From a virus (lineage: Duplodnaviria > Caudoviricetes), in IMG/VR virus record IMGVR_UViG_3300032225_001322, positions 64,001 to 128,000 of that record: 64,000 bases of DNA. The stretch is one strand, 5' to 3'. The notes under the pieces were generated by a model, which was given only the letters and a program-made list of their open reading frames with translations, ran no database searches and was not told where the DNA came from. How positions within the stretch are numbered: position 1 is the stretch's first letter; the number at the start of each line of letters is the position of its first letter. Shown here piece after piece: positions 1 through 9,673 of the stretch. The position numbers and the translations under genes were made by a program.

Positions 1-182
1 TCGTTGAGCATAATAACTACGGTGCCGTAGTCTTGTCCTGATTCGCCTTTGTAATCAAAAGAAAACAAATCTGCTTCTTCGGGGGAAGCGGCTGGCTTGC
101 CCTGATTGTTTAATGACTGTGGGTCAAAATTCTTGCTGATAAGCAAGTCATTTAGCTTCTGGTTAGCGTTGTTTTGTGCCAT
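1..182 (-). CDS. Hypothetical phage protein, 5' part only (runs off window start)
   Basis: Manual translation from ATG at 182 gives MAQNNANQKLNDLLISKNFDPQSLNNQGKPAASPEEADLFSFDYKGESGQDYGTVVIMLN, open to the edge; CTAAATA motif 7 nt upstream. Confidence 0.75.
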   Translation of the reverse strand, partial: MAQNNANQKLNDLLISKNFDPQSLNNQGKPAASPEEADLFSFDYKGESGQDYGTVVIMLN

Positions 183-207
183 AATATATTATTTAGCTAT
201 TTTTAAT

Positions 208-1770
208 TTAATACATTGTTGAAATAAAGGGCAACGGCGGGGTAATACTTTCCCCAAAATCTCGCATTTGAGTGTCCATTTCTGGGTGATATGTTTGCAA
301 CAAGATCATCATACGGGTAACTAGCAAGGCTGCCATGACTAAGTCGTCTGTACTGCCTGGTTTTGCCGCATAACTAACTCCGTTGGCTACAAAGGTTTTT
401 AATTCGGAAATCAGTGGGCGGCTACGCAATTTCATCTTGCCCGTCTCAATAAGAGTTTTCATTTTAGCGCAGGCAGTAAGTTTGTTTTTAGGGCTAGTAT
501 TAAAACCTTTCCGATACCTGCCGGCTCCTCGTGTAGGGTCAGACAGGAAATAGCCCTTGATGTTCTCTTCTCCAAATTGTTCTATAGAGATAAGAGCTGC
601 TTCTCCAATGGTATTGTTCTCGACAGAAAAGTAAATTGACTGTTCATCTTTAACAAAGCTATAAATGTATTTTACTATGTCGGCTAATATGCGAATTTGC
701 TCAGGAATAGGGGTACGGTTGTGTTTCCACTCACCTATCTGTTCAGTAGTATTGGCTTCAAAAATTTGTATAGCACTAGGATCGCCGCCAGTTCCTAGAC
801 TAGGATCAAGTCCAACACAATACATCTTACCTGGTTCAGGTTGTTTGTACCATCGTACTTGTGCTGTTCTGTATACTGGCTCGATGCCCTCTAAGTCTAT
901 GAGTTTAGCCGGCGCGATCAGCGTCTCATCATTGATAATAAATTCGCAATCCATCTCACGACGGAAACGATCTTCGCCTAATTGTGCTCGTTGTGCCGCG
1001 GCCCATGCGTCATCGCGGTCAGGATGTTCTCGCCAAAAACTACGGAAAGCACGGAAGCCGTTGATGCCTACTTCCTGCGGATTGCCGTGCGAATCTTCCA
1101 TTTTATTCGCACCTTTCCACAACAACGCAAATTGATCTTCGTCTGAGTTAGGAGTAGAAGTGATAATACATTTACCACCAGTTGCTAGTGTTGGAGAGAT
1201 TGAAGTCCAGAATTCTTGTGCTACAGAGGGTCGAACGAACGCGAACTCATCGCAATATAGTAGTGATATACTCATACCACGACCTGTGTTTTCTGTTGTT
1301 GTGGCTGACATAATACGCGAGCCGTTTTCAAATTCTATGGAGCCCTTGTTGTAGTTTGTCGCGCCAGCACGAATATGATCAGGGCACATTTCATAGGCAT
1401 AGCGTACACGAGTCATGATCTCTTGGGAGCCGTCATACTTGTGTGCGGCAATAAGAACGGTAGAGTCTGGCACAAACATAGCATACCATAGTAAGTAACC
1501 TGCGGCGCTAGTTGACTTACCTGTTTGTCGTGGCATCATAGAAATACTAAAACGATAATTGTGATATGTTTTAATTAATCGTTCTTGATATTCGTATGGA
1601 TGATACTGCATTTTTCCTCTAACCGGATGCTGGATATAGAAAAAGTTATCCATGAAGTACTCAGGGCCGGTTACTGGGTCAGCACAAAGAGCAAATTCCT
1701 TGAGCTGTTGTTCAGTCCAAACTTGTTTTTTATAGGGAGTTTTAGCTAACGAGCTTTGGTCAAAGGCCAT
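208..1770 (-). CDS. terL: Terminase large subunit (T4 gp17-like)
   Basis: Walker A-like MPRQTGKST, Walker B LLYCDEFAFV, motif III ITSTPN, nuclease acidic motifs GLDPSLG and DDLVMA. Confidence 0.95.
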   Translation of the reverse strand: MAFDQSSLAKTPYKKQVWTEQQLKEFALCADPVTGPEYFMDNFFYIQHPVRGKMQYHPYEYQERLIKTYHNYRFSISMMPRQTGKSTSAAGYLLWYAMFVPDSTVLIAAHKYDGSQEIMTRVRYAYEMCPDHIRAGATNYNKGSIEFENGSRIMSATTTENTGRGMSISLLYCDEFAFVRPSVAQEFWTSISPTLATGGKCIITSTPNSDEDQFALLWKGANKMEDSHGNPQEVGINGFRAFRSFWREHPDRDDAWAAAQRAQLGEDRFRREMDCEFIINDETLIAPAKLIDLEGIEPVYRTAQVRWYKQPEPGKMYCVGLDPSLGTGGDPSAIQIFEANTTEQIGEWKHNRTPIPEQIRILADIVKYIYSFVKDEQSIYFSVENNTIGEAALISIEQFGEENIKGYFLSDPTRGAGRYRKGFNTSPKNKLTACAKMKTLIETGKMKLRSRPLISELKTFVANGVSYAAKPGSTDDLVMAALLVTRMMILLQTYHPEMDTQMRDFGESITPPLPFISTMY

Positions 1771-1807
1771 ACTTGTATTTAATTGGATGGCCCATACTGG
1801 GCTAGTT

Positions 1808-2509
1808 TTATTTGCCTAGATTAAACTGTATGCCCGTAGCTTCTTCAACTTTAGACATTGTCGTTTGATATTTAGGTAAATCTGCTACAGGAAGTGGAGC
1901 ATTCGGCATCATGTATGCCATGACCTTGCCTGATGTACGCTCGATGATAATCTTGTATAAGCCATCGGGAACACCTACACCGTTGCCAATTACTTTATAA
2001 TGAGGCATAAAAACAGGACCAGAGATAATATAAAAATCACCGCCAGACATGGCCCAATCGCGTTCCCAAGTTTCCAATTGTTTCCAAATACCGCGATTGT
2101 TATTAGGAACTTGTGGAACCATATTGCTCAGGAAAAAACTTTCACTCATAATTTCTTTAGATTGTGTGTTGTTACCAGCGGGGCTCATGTGTCCGCGGTC
2201 ATATGGTTGTCCAGCATAATCTTTGAGAGTAGACTGACATTGTGGAAATACTTTAGGATCTGGACGGAAGTCATCTTGGCGTTTGAATCCGCCAGTAATT
2301 TTATCTTTGGTCAAATGTTCAAATACAGCAATAGGCCCTTTAACATCACATTTGTGTATGACAGCATAGTTGGTGTGACAAATTTCCTGATCTCCTAACT
2401 TAGCTGGATATAATGGAGTGCCGTTGACTGTAAACTGTGGGCATTCTTTTGCTATTTGTGCTAAAGTTGTTAGCGGTACAAACAATAATACTATTAATAA
2501 TTTTTTCAT
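1808..2509 (-). CDS. DNA/RNA non-specific endonuclease (Serratia NucA/EndoG family) with signal peptide
   Basis: YDRGHMSP active-site motif, SFFLSNMVPQ and NRGIWKQLE; N-terminus MKKLLIVLLFVPLTTLA resembles a Sec signal. Confidence 0.9.
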   Translation of the reverse strand: MKKLLIVLLFVPLTTLAQIAKECPQFTVNGTPLYPAKLGDQEICHTNYAVIHKCDVKGPIAVFEHLTKDKITGGFKRQDDFRPDPKVFPQCQSTLKDYAGQPYDRGHMSPAGNNTQSKEIMSESFFLSNMVPQVPNNNRGIWKQLETWERDWAMSGGDFYIISGPVFMPHYKVIGNGVGVPDGLYKIIIERTSGKVMAYMMPNAPLPVADLPKYQTTMSKVEEATGIQFNLGK

Positions 2510-2892
2510 CTTGGGTAACCTTTAAATGCTTTTACTGGACTTGTTTTATCTATTAACGGCGGCTCTTGGCTTGTTAAAGTTCCAATGGCTTTTTTGCCAC
2601 CGCCAATACCAGTCATTGCTAATGCCTTGTCGATAATTGGATCTACAGTTCCGTTCATACCGGCTACTACAGCATATTCGCCAAACACTTCTTCTGCGTC
2701 CCACGGTAATATGTAAGGATTAACGTCATCTTTAACAGCATCGCTTCTAGCACGGGCCATAGCCACACCAAATCTATAAGTTAGATATGGATCGCTGGAA
2801 GTTAATCCAGGAAGTATAAAAGTTTGACGCATTGGATCAGCTTGCTCAGGCGGCAATACTTTTTCTTCAGTGATAAATTCTTTAGCTCTCAT
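2506..2892 (-). CDS. Putative internal head protein (paralogue of 2889-3269)
   Basis: N-terminus MRAKEFITE resembles the T4 capsid-targeting sequence; C-terminus KTSPVKAFKGYPR shared with neighbour; ATGA coupling. Confidence 0.6.
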   Translation of the reverse strand: MRAKEFITEEKVLPPEQADPMRQTFILPGLTSSDPYLTYRFGVAMARARSDAVKDDVNPYILPWDAEEVFGEYAVVAGMNGTVDPIIDKALAMTGIGGGKKAIGTLTSQEPPLIDKTSPVKAFKGYPR

Positions 2893-3269
2893 CGACGTTT
2901 GTAGCCTTTGAATCCAGTTACTGGACTTGTTTTATGTGTGTCTGGATGTTCTGTGCTGCGATGATCTGAAACTGGATGATGAGACTCTGCGCCAATAGTT
3001 TTCATTGCGCCCACGATCATGTTATCTTCTTCTTTAGTATATGGATGTGCTGTGTTGTATTTTTCTGTCCAACTTCCAGGATCCATATCCTTGACTGGTT
3101 TATTATCTTTGCCATCATGACAGGCCGCGGCCATCATAACTCGATTTAAATGGTAAGTTCTATCGTATCCACCACTGTCACGCATACGCCTAGCGCCTGG
3201 CATAGCATGTTCGGCACCACCTGGGATTTTTCCAGCGCGATCCTCGGCGACGAACTCTTTAGCTCGCAT
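2889..3269 (-). CDS. Putative internal head protein (paralogue of 2506-2892)
   Basis: N-terminus MRAKEFVAE; C-terminus KTSPVTGFKGYKRR. Confidence 0.6.
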   Translation of the reverse strand: MRAKEFVAEDRAGKIPGGAEHAMPGARRMRDSGGYDRTYHLNRVMMAAACHDGKDNKPVKDMDPGSWTEKYNTAHPYTKEEDNMIVGAMKTIGAESHHPVSDHRSTEHPDTHKTSPVTGFKGYKRR

Positions 3270-3271
3270 GA

Positions 3272-3766
3272 TTAGCCTTGGCCGTTAACACCCGCAGTAG
3301 CAGATGATGCTGTGCCAAGTTCGCGAGCAGTTGAATTTCCACCAATAATAGTAAGTTTGTTTCCTGCGCCTACATAAATTTGTTGTTTAGAATTAGCCGC
3401 AATTTGTGGGTTAGCAGAATATAAATTGCCAACAGCAGCCGGAGTTACCGTGGCTGTTACAGTACCGTTAGCTGTAGCATTAGCACTAAGTGTAATACTT
3501 ACACCTGGATTATATGCTATTACTGTAGAACCGCCAGCAATACCTGTGCCAGCGATAGCAGCTCCAGTAGGAATATTAATAGTACCAGCTGTTGTAGCAA
3601 CATAACTACCATTGGTTGTTGTTACTGTGGTAGTAAAACTTAGTGGAGGTAATGCTACCGCGTACACATTATATGTAACCTCATTAGTTCCTGTTACAAT
3701 TTCTGCTTTGTCTGTGTACCAAGTAGCATTACTAAATGCTCCTGCTGTGACGTTGGCTTGACTCAT
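3272..3766 (-). CDS. Thr/Ala/Gly-rich putative virion surface protein
   Basis: 164 aa with beta-rich composition, upstream GGA Shine-Dalgarno-like site, inside the head gene block. Confidence 0.55.
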   Translation of the reverse strand: MSQANVTAGAFSNATWYTDKAEIVTGTNEVTYNVYAVALPPLSFTTTVTTTNGSYVATTAGTINIPTGAAIAGTGIAGGSTVIAYNPGVSITLSANATANGTVTATVTPAAVGNLYSANPQIAANSKQQIYVGAGNKLTIIGGNSTARELGTASSATAGVNGQG

Positions 3767-3779
3767 TTACTTTAATTCC

Positions 3780-6566
3780 TTATTTTGTTTTAAATGCTTG
3801 ATATAGACTTAAGAATGAATCAACGGACTCTTCCATAGTGTGTAAACGATCTTCCTGACTAGCAACTACTGGAATAGTAGTTTGTCCAGTTGATTTTTTA
3901 CGGTTTAACCCGCCACTATATTGCAGAGCATCATCTGTTTCTTCTTGATTAGTAGGATAGTCTGGTTCATTTTGTGAAACAGGAGCATCGGCTTCAGCTA
4001 GTTCATCGCATTGACAAGGAACACCACCGCATGTACCACATGGTTCTGCTGGATGTGTATCACCGGCATGGCTATGGGTTGATGTTACTCCCATTGACTG
4101 CAATAATTCTTTAAAGCGACTAACATCATCACCGTCTACAGTAATTGTAATACTTTCGTGATCTTGGCCGTCGTCGTTTTTAGTTGCTGTTGTATTAACA
4201 TTAACATTTTCTGCTAATAAAGTTTCATATTGGCGATTCCATGAATCATAAATACCGCCGCCAAATTTCATACCGCCTTTACTGGACTTAGGAGCTTCAG
4301 AAGTAGTTGCTACACTTCCAGAAGTTGTTGTTTCATCAACCTTTTCTTCTTTTTTGACTTTCTTTTTGCCGCCTTCCTCATCTTTACCAAGACGACCAGC
4401 AACAACATCACCTTGTGTTACTTTGTCGTATGGTTTAGCATTGTTGGCTAGATTACCGTCACCTTTGCCTTCTTCAGTTTTTTTAGATTTAACTTTTTCT
4501 GGCAAACCTTTGTGCTTAGTACTAGCAAAATCTTCAGCATCTTTTTTCTTCATGCCTTTGGCAACCTTAGCTACTTCTTTACTAGCTGGTTTTTCACCTT
4601 TTTGTGCGGCGTGAACCATACCCATAAATCGTTGTTGTTTTTTACTAACTGCTTTTTCTTGAATTGCTTGCCCGCAATGATGACATACTTCATCTACTTC
4701 TTCTTCGCGCATAGCATCTTTGGCCATTAGTTTGCTCTTACCTGTAGGACCACGAGCACCTGTAGCACCTTTTGTACCTGCTGGGCGGCCACGACCACGC
4801 TTAACTGATGGCTTGCCATCTTTGCTTATTGGAGCATCTGTGTCGTCATCTTCTGGTTCATCATCAAATCTGCGAGTATATACAGTCCCTGTGCTTACTT
4901 TACGCTTGTCAAACTTACCAGTACCTTTTTCTTTTTCACGCTGGGCTAACCAACGATCCATGTCGGCAAAACCTTCGTCAACTTCTGATTCATCGGGACT
5001 AATAGCGTTACCGATTGCGTTGCCAGCCATCGCACCGCGAATTGCGCCAACTGGGCCGCCAACTGCCGCGCCTGCAATGCCGCCTACCATAGCGCCACCA
5101 AGACCTTCGTCGCAATTACAAGCCTTCATAAACTTGCCGTGATCAAATCTTGGATTAGATGCTTTGAAAACACCTGCGTGATGTTTAGCAAGTTCCATGC
5201 GTTTAGCTGGATCTTCAATATGCTTTAACAAATCTGCTGTGTGTTGGAAGTGTTGACGAGTCATTGTTTCATCAAGTTCACTTGTATCTGTATATTCTTT
5301 ACCGCCTACATTAAATTTTTCACCTTTAGGTGTTGATTTAAGTTTTCCAGTAAACGCATTACCTTCAAACTCCATACCATTATATGCATCAGCATCGCCA
5401 GCAGAACCATTGTATGGTTTGGAAATAGCATCTTCTTTAGCTTGTTCTTTATCGTGCGGAGCTAATTTGCGATTTAGATAATCCATGATATCCTCTTCGC
5501 TATCATCAGTTTCATAATAATCACGCTTGTCTTTTAAACGATCCATTTTTCCTGGCACAGGAATATTACCTGGAATACCTTTTGATGGAGTTGGTGTATC
5601 ACATTCCATTTCAGTTTCGTCCATTTTGTCATAGCGATTGCGAATCTGATCCATTTTGTCTTTACCGGCATGCTCGCGACCAGCTTTGCGTAGAGCATCC
5701 ATGCCTTGCTTGCCATATTTTTTGTTACCTAAGTAGGCCTGTAAAGCACTTTCTTCCATACCATCTTCTTGTACTGGAAAAGTTTTGCCACCTACCGTGA
5801 ACTCACTCTTATGATCTTTTTTGGCATTGGCCAATGCGCCTGAAAATTCATTGCCTTCGTCGGTCATGTCTTCATTGGCATGACGTAATTTATTTAATAC
5901 TGCTCCAGCTACTCTTTCGCCAGCTTCCTTACTGCCATAACGCTCAGCAGCGCCTTTAGCAATCTTAGAAAAATTCTTGCCAGGCTTACCAATGTCTTTG
6001 CCAGCGGCTGCTTTTTTAGCAGAGTAATCAGTTTCGCCAACCATAGTGCGAACTGAACCTTGTAATAGTTTACCGTCAACACGAATACCTTTGTCTGCGT
6101 ATGCTTTGGCTTCTGCTTCGGTGTCAAAAGTTTTTACTGGTTTGCCGCCGTTGTGGCCAACAATACAAACTCCATATTTTGTTTCTGTTTTTTCTTCTAA
6201 GCTACCAGATCCACTAAAGTTCATTCCGCCTGTGCCGTCTTCTTTAACTTTTGCTAAACCTTTTTCACGGTTAGCAGCAGACTTGGCTGAAAGCTCTTTT
6301 TCTTTAGAACTAGCGCCTGGATTATTTTTGTTACGATTGTAAATGTCTACTTCTGTTTTTGCTTTTTTAGCATAACTATCTTTAGTAGATTGACTAATTT
6401 CATTTACTTGGCCTTCCATCAGTGCCTTCATGTCACTGCGTAAGGACTCTTCAAGAGATTTACGAACTGGTGACTTGTTAGCTGCCTTGGCTACTTCTTT
6501 AGCAATTTGTTCTTGCTCGTTGCCAATACTGTTTAATTTTTTATTAAGGTCGTAAAAAAAGCTCAT
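3780..6566 (-). CDS. Large charged internal head/prohead core protein with a DUF3008-like segment
   Basis: Lys/Glu-rich, many hydrophobic-X-Glu sites; segment KAVSKKQQRFMGMVHAAQKG...DFASTKHKGLPEKV is DUF3008-like; glycine zipper and KRGRGRP AT-hook-like motif. Confidence 0.6.
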   Translation of the reverse strand: MSFFYDLNKKLNSIGNEQEQIAKEVAKAANKSPVRKSLEESLRSDMKALMEGQVNEISQSTKDSYAKKAKTEVDIYNRNKNNPGASSKEKELSAKSAANREKGLAKVKEDGTGGMNFSGSGSLEEKTETKYGVCIVGHNGGKPVKTFDTEAEAKAYADKGIRVDGKLLQGSVRTMVGETDYSAKKAAAGKDIGKPGKNFSKIAKGAAERYGSKEAGERVAGAVLNKLRHANEDMTDEGNEFSGALANAKKDHKSEFTVGGKTFPVQEDGMEESALQAYLGNKKYGKQGMDALRKAGREHAGKDKMDQIRNRYDKMDETEMECDTPTPSKGIPGNIPVPGKMDRLKDKRDYYETDDSEEDIMDYLNRKLAPHDKEQAKEDAISKPYNGSAGDADAYNGMEFEGNAFTGKLKSTPKGEKFNVGGKEYTDTSELDETMTRQHFQHTADLLKHIEDPAKRMELAKHHAGVFKASNPRFDHGKFMKACNCDEGLGGAMVGGIAGAAVGGPVGAIRGAMAGNAIGNAISPDESEVDEGFADMDRWLAQREKEKGTGKFDKRKVSTGTVYTRRFDDEPEDDDTDAPISKDGKPSVKRGRGRPAGTKGATGARGPTGKSKLMAKDAMREEEVDEVCHHCGQAIQEKAVSKKQQRFMGMVHAAQKGEKPASKEVAKVAKGMKKKDAEDFASTKHKGLPEKVKSKKTEEGKGDGNLANNAKPYDKVTQGDVVAGRLGKDEEGGKKKVKKEEKVDETTTSGSVATTSEAPKSSKGGMKFGGGIYDSWNRQYETLLAENVNVNTTATKNDDGQDHESITITVDGDDVSRFKELLQSMGVTSTHSHAGDTHPAEPCGTCGGVPCQCDELAEADAPVSQNEPDYPTNQEETDDALQYSGGLNRKKSTGQTTIPVVASQEDRLHTMEESVDSFLSLYQAFKTK

Positions 6567-7180
6567 TTGTAGTTTCCTGATGGTTGTGCGCCAGTTGCTG
6601 GCTTGCGTGGACGCTTCTCTGCGTGTGTCATTGGACTGTCATCGCCCATGGGTAAATCGTTTGTTGTTTCAGCAGGCTTTGGACTGCCACCAGCAACGGT
6701 AAAGTTACTGCGATAAGAATTTTTTAATACAGCATGGTCATATGGATCGGCTGAATAATCTTTAATCAATTCTTTTTGTTTAGCATCATCTGCTGGGTAT
6801 GGTGCTGTTAAAACTGGATCTGTTTGAGCTTCAAGTTTTGCTTTATAATCAGCTTCATTATCCCCATAAACAGATGTCTGCATAATAATTTTATTTTCAT
6901 CAAAGCCAAGTAAACGAGCAATTTGTTTGATCTGTGGCTCAATAGCAGGATAGCGAAGTTCAACATCAATGCTGGTAACTTTTTCGTTTTCACATGCTGG
7001 AAAGTCAGCTGGCTTGGCTTGAATTGGAGTGCTTTTTTCGGCACCAATCTTTAATGGATCAAACTGATCCAATTTACCTTTGAGGGAATTATAAAATCCC
7101 TGGGGCAAATCACCAACTATTTTGATGCGATAGTTGTAGGTTCTTTCGCTTTCTGCTAAGTAATCTTTAAAATTTTTCAT
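6563..7180 (-). CDS. Conserved phage head-associated protein with capsid-targeting-like N-terminus
   Basis: N-terminus MKNFKDYLAE; perfect TATAAATA late promoter upstream. Confidence 0.55.
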   Translation of the reverse strand: MKNFKDYLAESERTYNYRIKIVGDLPQGFYNSLKGKLDQFDPLKIGAEKSTPIQAKPADFPACENEKVTSIDVELRYPAIEPQIKQIARLLGFDENKIIMQTSVYGDNEADYKAKLEAQTDPVLTAPYPADDAKQKELIKDYSADPYDHAVLKNSYRSNFTVAGGSPKPAETTNDLPMGDDSPMTHAEKRPRKPATGAQPSGNYK

Positions 7181-7197
7181 GATTGTTTCCTATATTA

Positions 7198-7205
7198 TAT
7201 TTATA
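7198..7205 (-). promoter_or_regulatory. T4-type late promoter TATAAATA
   Basis: Plus strand TATTTATA at 7198-7205, intergenic, 17 nt upstream of the ATG at 7180. Confidence 0.75.
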
Positions 7206-7706
7206 CTAATTGTCTTTTTGTGCTCTGTCGCTAAGTAAACGTTCTAAGAGGTCATTGCGAGTTAGTACTTGTCCTTCGGCCGTTGGAATACTGTTCAAAT
7301 CCCCAGTTTTTTTAGCAGCATCTTGATCTAACTTTAACTTTTTAAGTTGTAAGTCAATCATTTTTAATTTCTTATTCAGTTTAGTAGTTTTAGCGGTCAG
7401 TGCGTGTCCCAGCATATTACCAGCTACAGCAAACAATTCTGCGGCAAATCTGCTGTCTACATTCATGCCCAAATCTGATAAATCTTGATAGCTTTGTTTG
7501 GCTAAATCGGCTAGTTCATCTAGTTCTCGGTCGCTGGCAGCCAAGTCACGAATAGCAGGCAAAGCCTGGTCAATTTTATCTATAGTTTGGTCTAATTCTA
7601 CAATAGCATGACGAGTTTCTTCTTGGGTCATATTTTCAACAACAGGAATATCTTGTGGATCTTCAAGCTGATCAAATCCAAATAAGGTTTCTAACTTTTT
7701 AGTCAT
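7206..7706 (-). CDS. Probable terminase small subunit (T4 gp16-like)
   Basis: 166-aa helical/coiled-coil protein; central SRFAAELFAVAGNML and terminal VLTRNDLL pattern recall gp16; close to terL and gp4. Confidence 0.5.
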   Translation of the reverse strand: MTKKLETLFGFDQLEDPQDIPVVENMTQEETRHAIVELDQTIDKIDQALPAIRDLAASDRELDELADLAKQSYQDLSDLGMNVDSRFAAELFAVAGNMLGHALTAKTTKLNKKLKMIDLQLKKLKLDQDAAKKTGDLNSIPTAEGQVLTRNDLLERLLSDRAQKDN

Positions 7707-7738
7707 ACTGTTATTTACAGTATTTTGGCAGGGGTAGA

Positions 7739-8170
7739 TTACTTCTTGCCTTGATGGAATATTTGTTCTTCTGTGATAACTCTAAAAGTAAGCCCATTTT
7801 GTTTAGCCCATAATGTAGCAGCGTGCCATTTAGCATAGTTAAGAGCTACTATAGCTCTGTCGCGATCTTTCATCTTACTTTCAATTAAACTTTGTTTTTT
7901 GGGTTTAATTTCAATCAATTCAGCTCTTACTGTTTCTCTTGGACCGCGATAAGTTACGATAAAATCTGGAACATACATTGTTGTTTTGCCGGTTAACGGA
8001 TTGCGATAAGGAATACGGACTGGTTCGCTAGCCCAACTAATGACATTATCATTGGAGTCAAGGAACATCATAAAAGTCATTTCCCAACCAGAGCGAAACT
8101 TTGGTTTACCGTTGCCTACATATTTTTGTGAATTTTTTACTTCGTAGAAGCCTTGGCGGAAATTTGCCAT
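7739..8170 (-). CDS. Head completion nuclease (T4 gp4-like, TnsA-N/PD-(D/E)xK fold)
   Basis: KYVG, FRSGWE, WASEP.RIPY, YVPDF, IEIKP, KW.AA and F.VITE motifs. Confidence 0.85.
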   Translation of the reverse strand: MANFRQGFYEVKNSQKYVGNGKPKFRSGWEMTFMMFLDSNDNVISWASEPVRIPYRNPLTGKTTMYVPDFIVTYRGPRETVRAELIEIKPKKQSLIESKMKDRDRAIVALNYAKWHAATLWAKQNGLTFRVITEEQIFHQGKK

Positions 8171-8175
8171 GATGG

Positions 8176-8535
8176 TTACTGTTTGATGTTATGTGCTACG
8201 TAATAATTGGGAGTAGTTGGTTGTATTACTCCTAATTTAGTGGCAGGGCTTTGGAATGTGTTCAGATAAAAAGCAAACGTCACAGTAATCTGTGGTTTAG
8301 ACATTCCCTGGAGATTTTGTAACAATTCTGTAACTGGTATTCCCGAAGCGGCAGCCATACGGAACATTGTCACAGTAAAATTGCCAGCTTGGGTAGGTGT
8401 TTCGAACACACTCAACAGATAACTATAAACAGCATCATACTCTGGACCAGATACTGCTTGTTGATAATCATAAAATCCATCAAATATTTGTACTGTTAAA
8501 TCTGTTTTAGTATTAAAATTATTGATATTAGACAC
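8176..8535 (-). CDS. Hypothetical protein (tail gene block)
   Basis: 119-aa ORF with GTG start, tightly packed between neighbours. Confidence 0.65.
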   Translation of the reverse strand: MSNINNFNTKTDLTVQIFDGFYDYQQAVSGPEYDAVYSYLLSVFETPTQAGNFTVTMFRMAAASGIPVTELLQNLQGMSKPQITVTFAFYLNTFQSPATKLGVIQPTTPNYYVAHNIKQ

Positions 8536-8537
8536 GA

Positions 8538-9668
8538 TTATAATCCTGGAAAATTAAATCCGCCGCGGGATAATTGTCTAAGTTGTTTTTGACTAGCATT
8601 TTTTAATTCATCGGGAAGTCCAGCAAGAGGATTTCTACCACGGAATGTGTTATATGTAGTCATAGCTGTTTGTACGGCACCAAGCACATTCTGTAATCCA
8701 CCTTGTCCGCTGGCAAGGGCTTGTAAATCTTCTATAGTACCGGCAGCAGCATCCACTAGGCCACCTTGGCCAAATACTGATCGTGTTCCGCCTGGGCGAG
8801 TAATACCAGATGGTACTCTATCATAGTGTGCTGGATCAGCAAACCCAGGCACTCTAATTGATGGTTGTTGACTTCCAATGGCGCCCGAATAATATTTTAC
8901 AGTTTCATATTCGATAGTAACTTCATTCTTCATTGTGCCATTGCCTTCTGAATAATCGTAAGTATCATGATTCCATTGAGTAATAATAGGATTAATTAAA
9001 GTCCAAGCCGCATATTTCTTTTGACTCATACCATAGATAGTTATATCACGGAAAAATTGTGGTTTGCCAGTACTATTAGTTCCAAGATTAGTTCCGTCAG
9101 AATAACTTTCGCCTACAAACCCCCAGTCGGCACTTTGTAATGTCTGGCTATAGATATCATTGGTATTGTAATTAAATCCGCCAAATAATGATTGTAATTG
9201 GCCTAGTGTACCAGATCTATTAGGAACATTTTGATATTTTTGACTTGGATCTTTGTAATAATATGTAAAATAATTATACCACATATTACGAATTAAATCA
9301 GCTTGGTCGTCATGAAAAGTAATGCGACAAGGCTCATATCTCATTTTAGTCTGTACTAATCTTTTACGATTATATTGATTCATAACAGTAGTATCGATTT
9401 TAAACTTAGGTAACTCAATACTTTTAACCATTAAGCCAATACTTTCTACTGATCCTGATCCGTAAGCAGCTTGTAGCTGTGGGATCTGCCCAGTATTAAT
9501 ATTAAAAAATGTGTGGTATAGGAATTTAAGACGAGGACTTAGCTGATAACCGTTGGTCTCAAAAGTATAGGCGGCGTGTTCGTAATCCTTAACGCCAGGT
9601 AAAGCTGCGATGCCTTGACCGAATGATTGTAGTAAACTACCGCCCTGGCCGAAATAGCCGGTTCCCAT
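8538..9668 (-). CDS. Tail tube-like protein (baseplate tube initiator/cap, gp48/gp54-like)
   Basis: VKSIELPKF...NQYNRKR...YEPCRITFHDD and VTIEYE follow the tube-fold pattern; directly downstream of the tube gene. Confidence 0.6.
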   Translation of the reverse strand: MGTGYFGQGGSLLQSFGQGIAALPGVKDYEHAAYTFETNGYQLSPRLKFLYHTFFNINTGQIPQLQAAYGSGSVESIGLMVKSIELPKFKIDTTVMNQYNRKRLVQTKMRYEPCRITFHDDQADLIRNMWYNYFTYYYKDPSQKYQNVPNRSGTLGQLQSLFGGFNYNTNDIYSQTLQSADWGFVGESYSDGTNLGTNSTGKPQFFRDITIYGMSQKKYAAWTLINPIITQWNHDTYDYSEGNGTMKNEVTIEYETVKYYSGAIGSQQPSIRVPGFADPAHYDRVPSGITRPGGTRSVFGQGGLVDAAAGTIEDLQALASGQGGLQNVLGAVQTAMTTYNTFRGRNPLAGLPDELKNASQKQLRQLSRGGFNFPGL

Positions 9669-9673
9669 AGATT

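Noticed and set aside
208-1770. Intein or intron in terL
   Set aside because: The ORF is continuous at 520 aa with normally spaced motifs and no splicing signatures
7739-8170. Tn7-like TnsA transposase
   Set aside because: Size, motifs and context match T4 gp4 head-completion nuclease; there is no TnsB/C and no transposon ends
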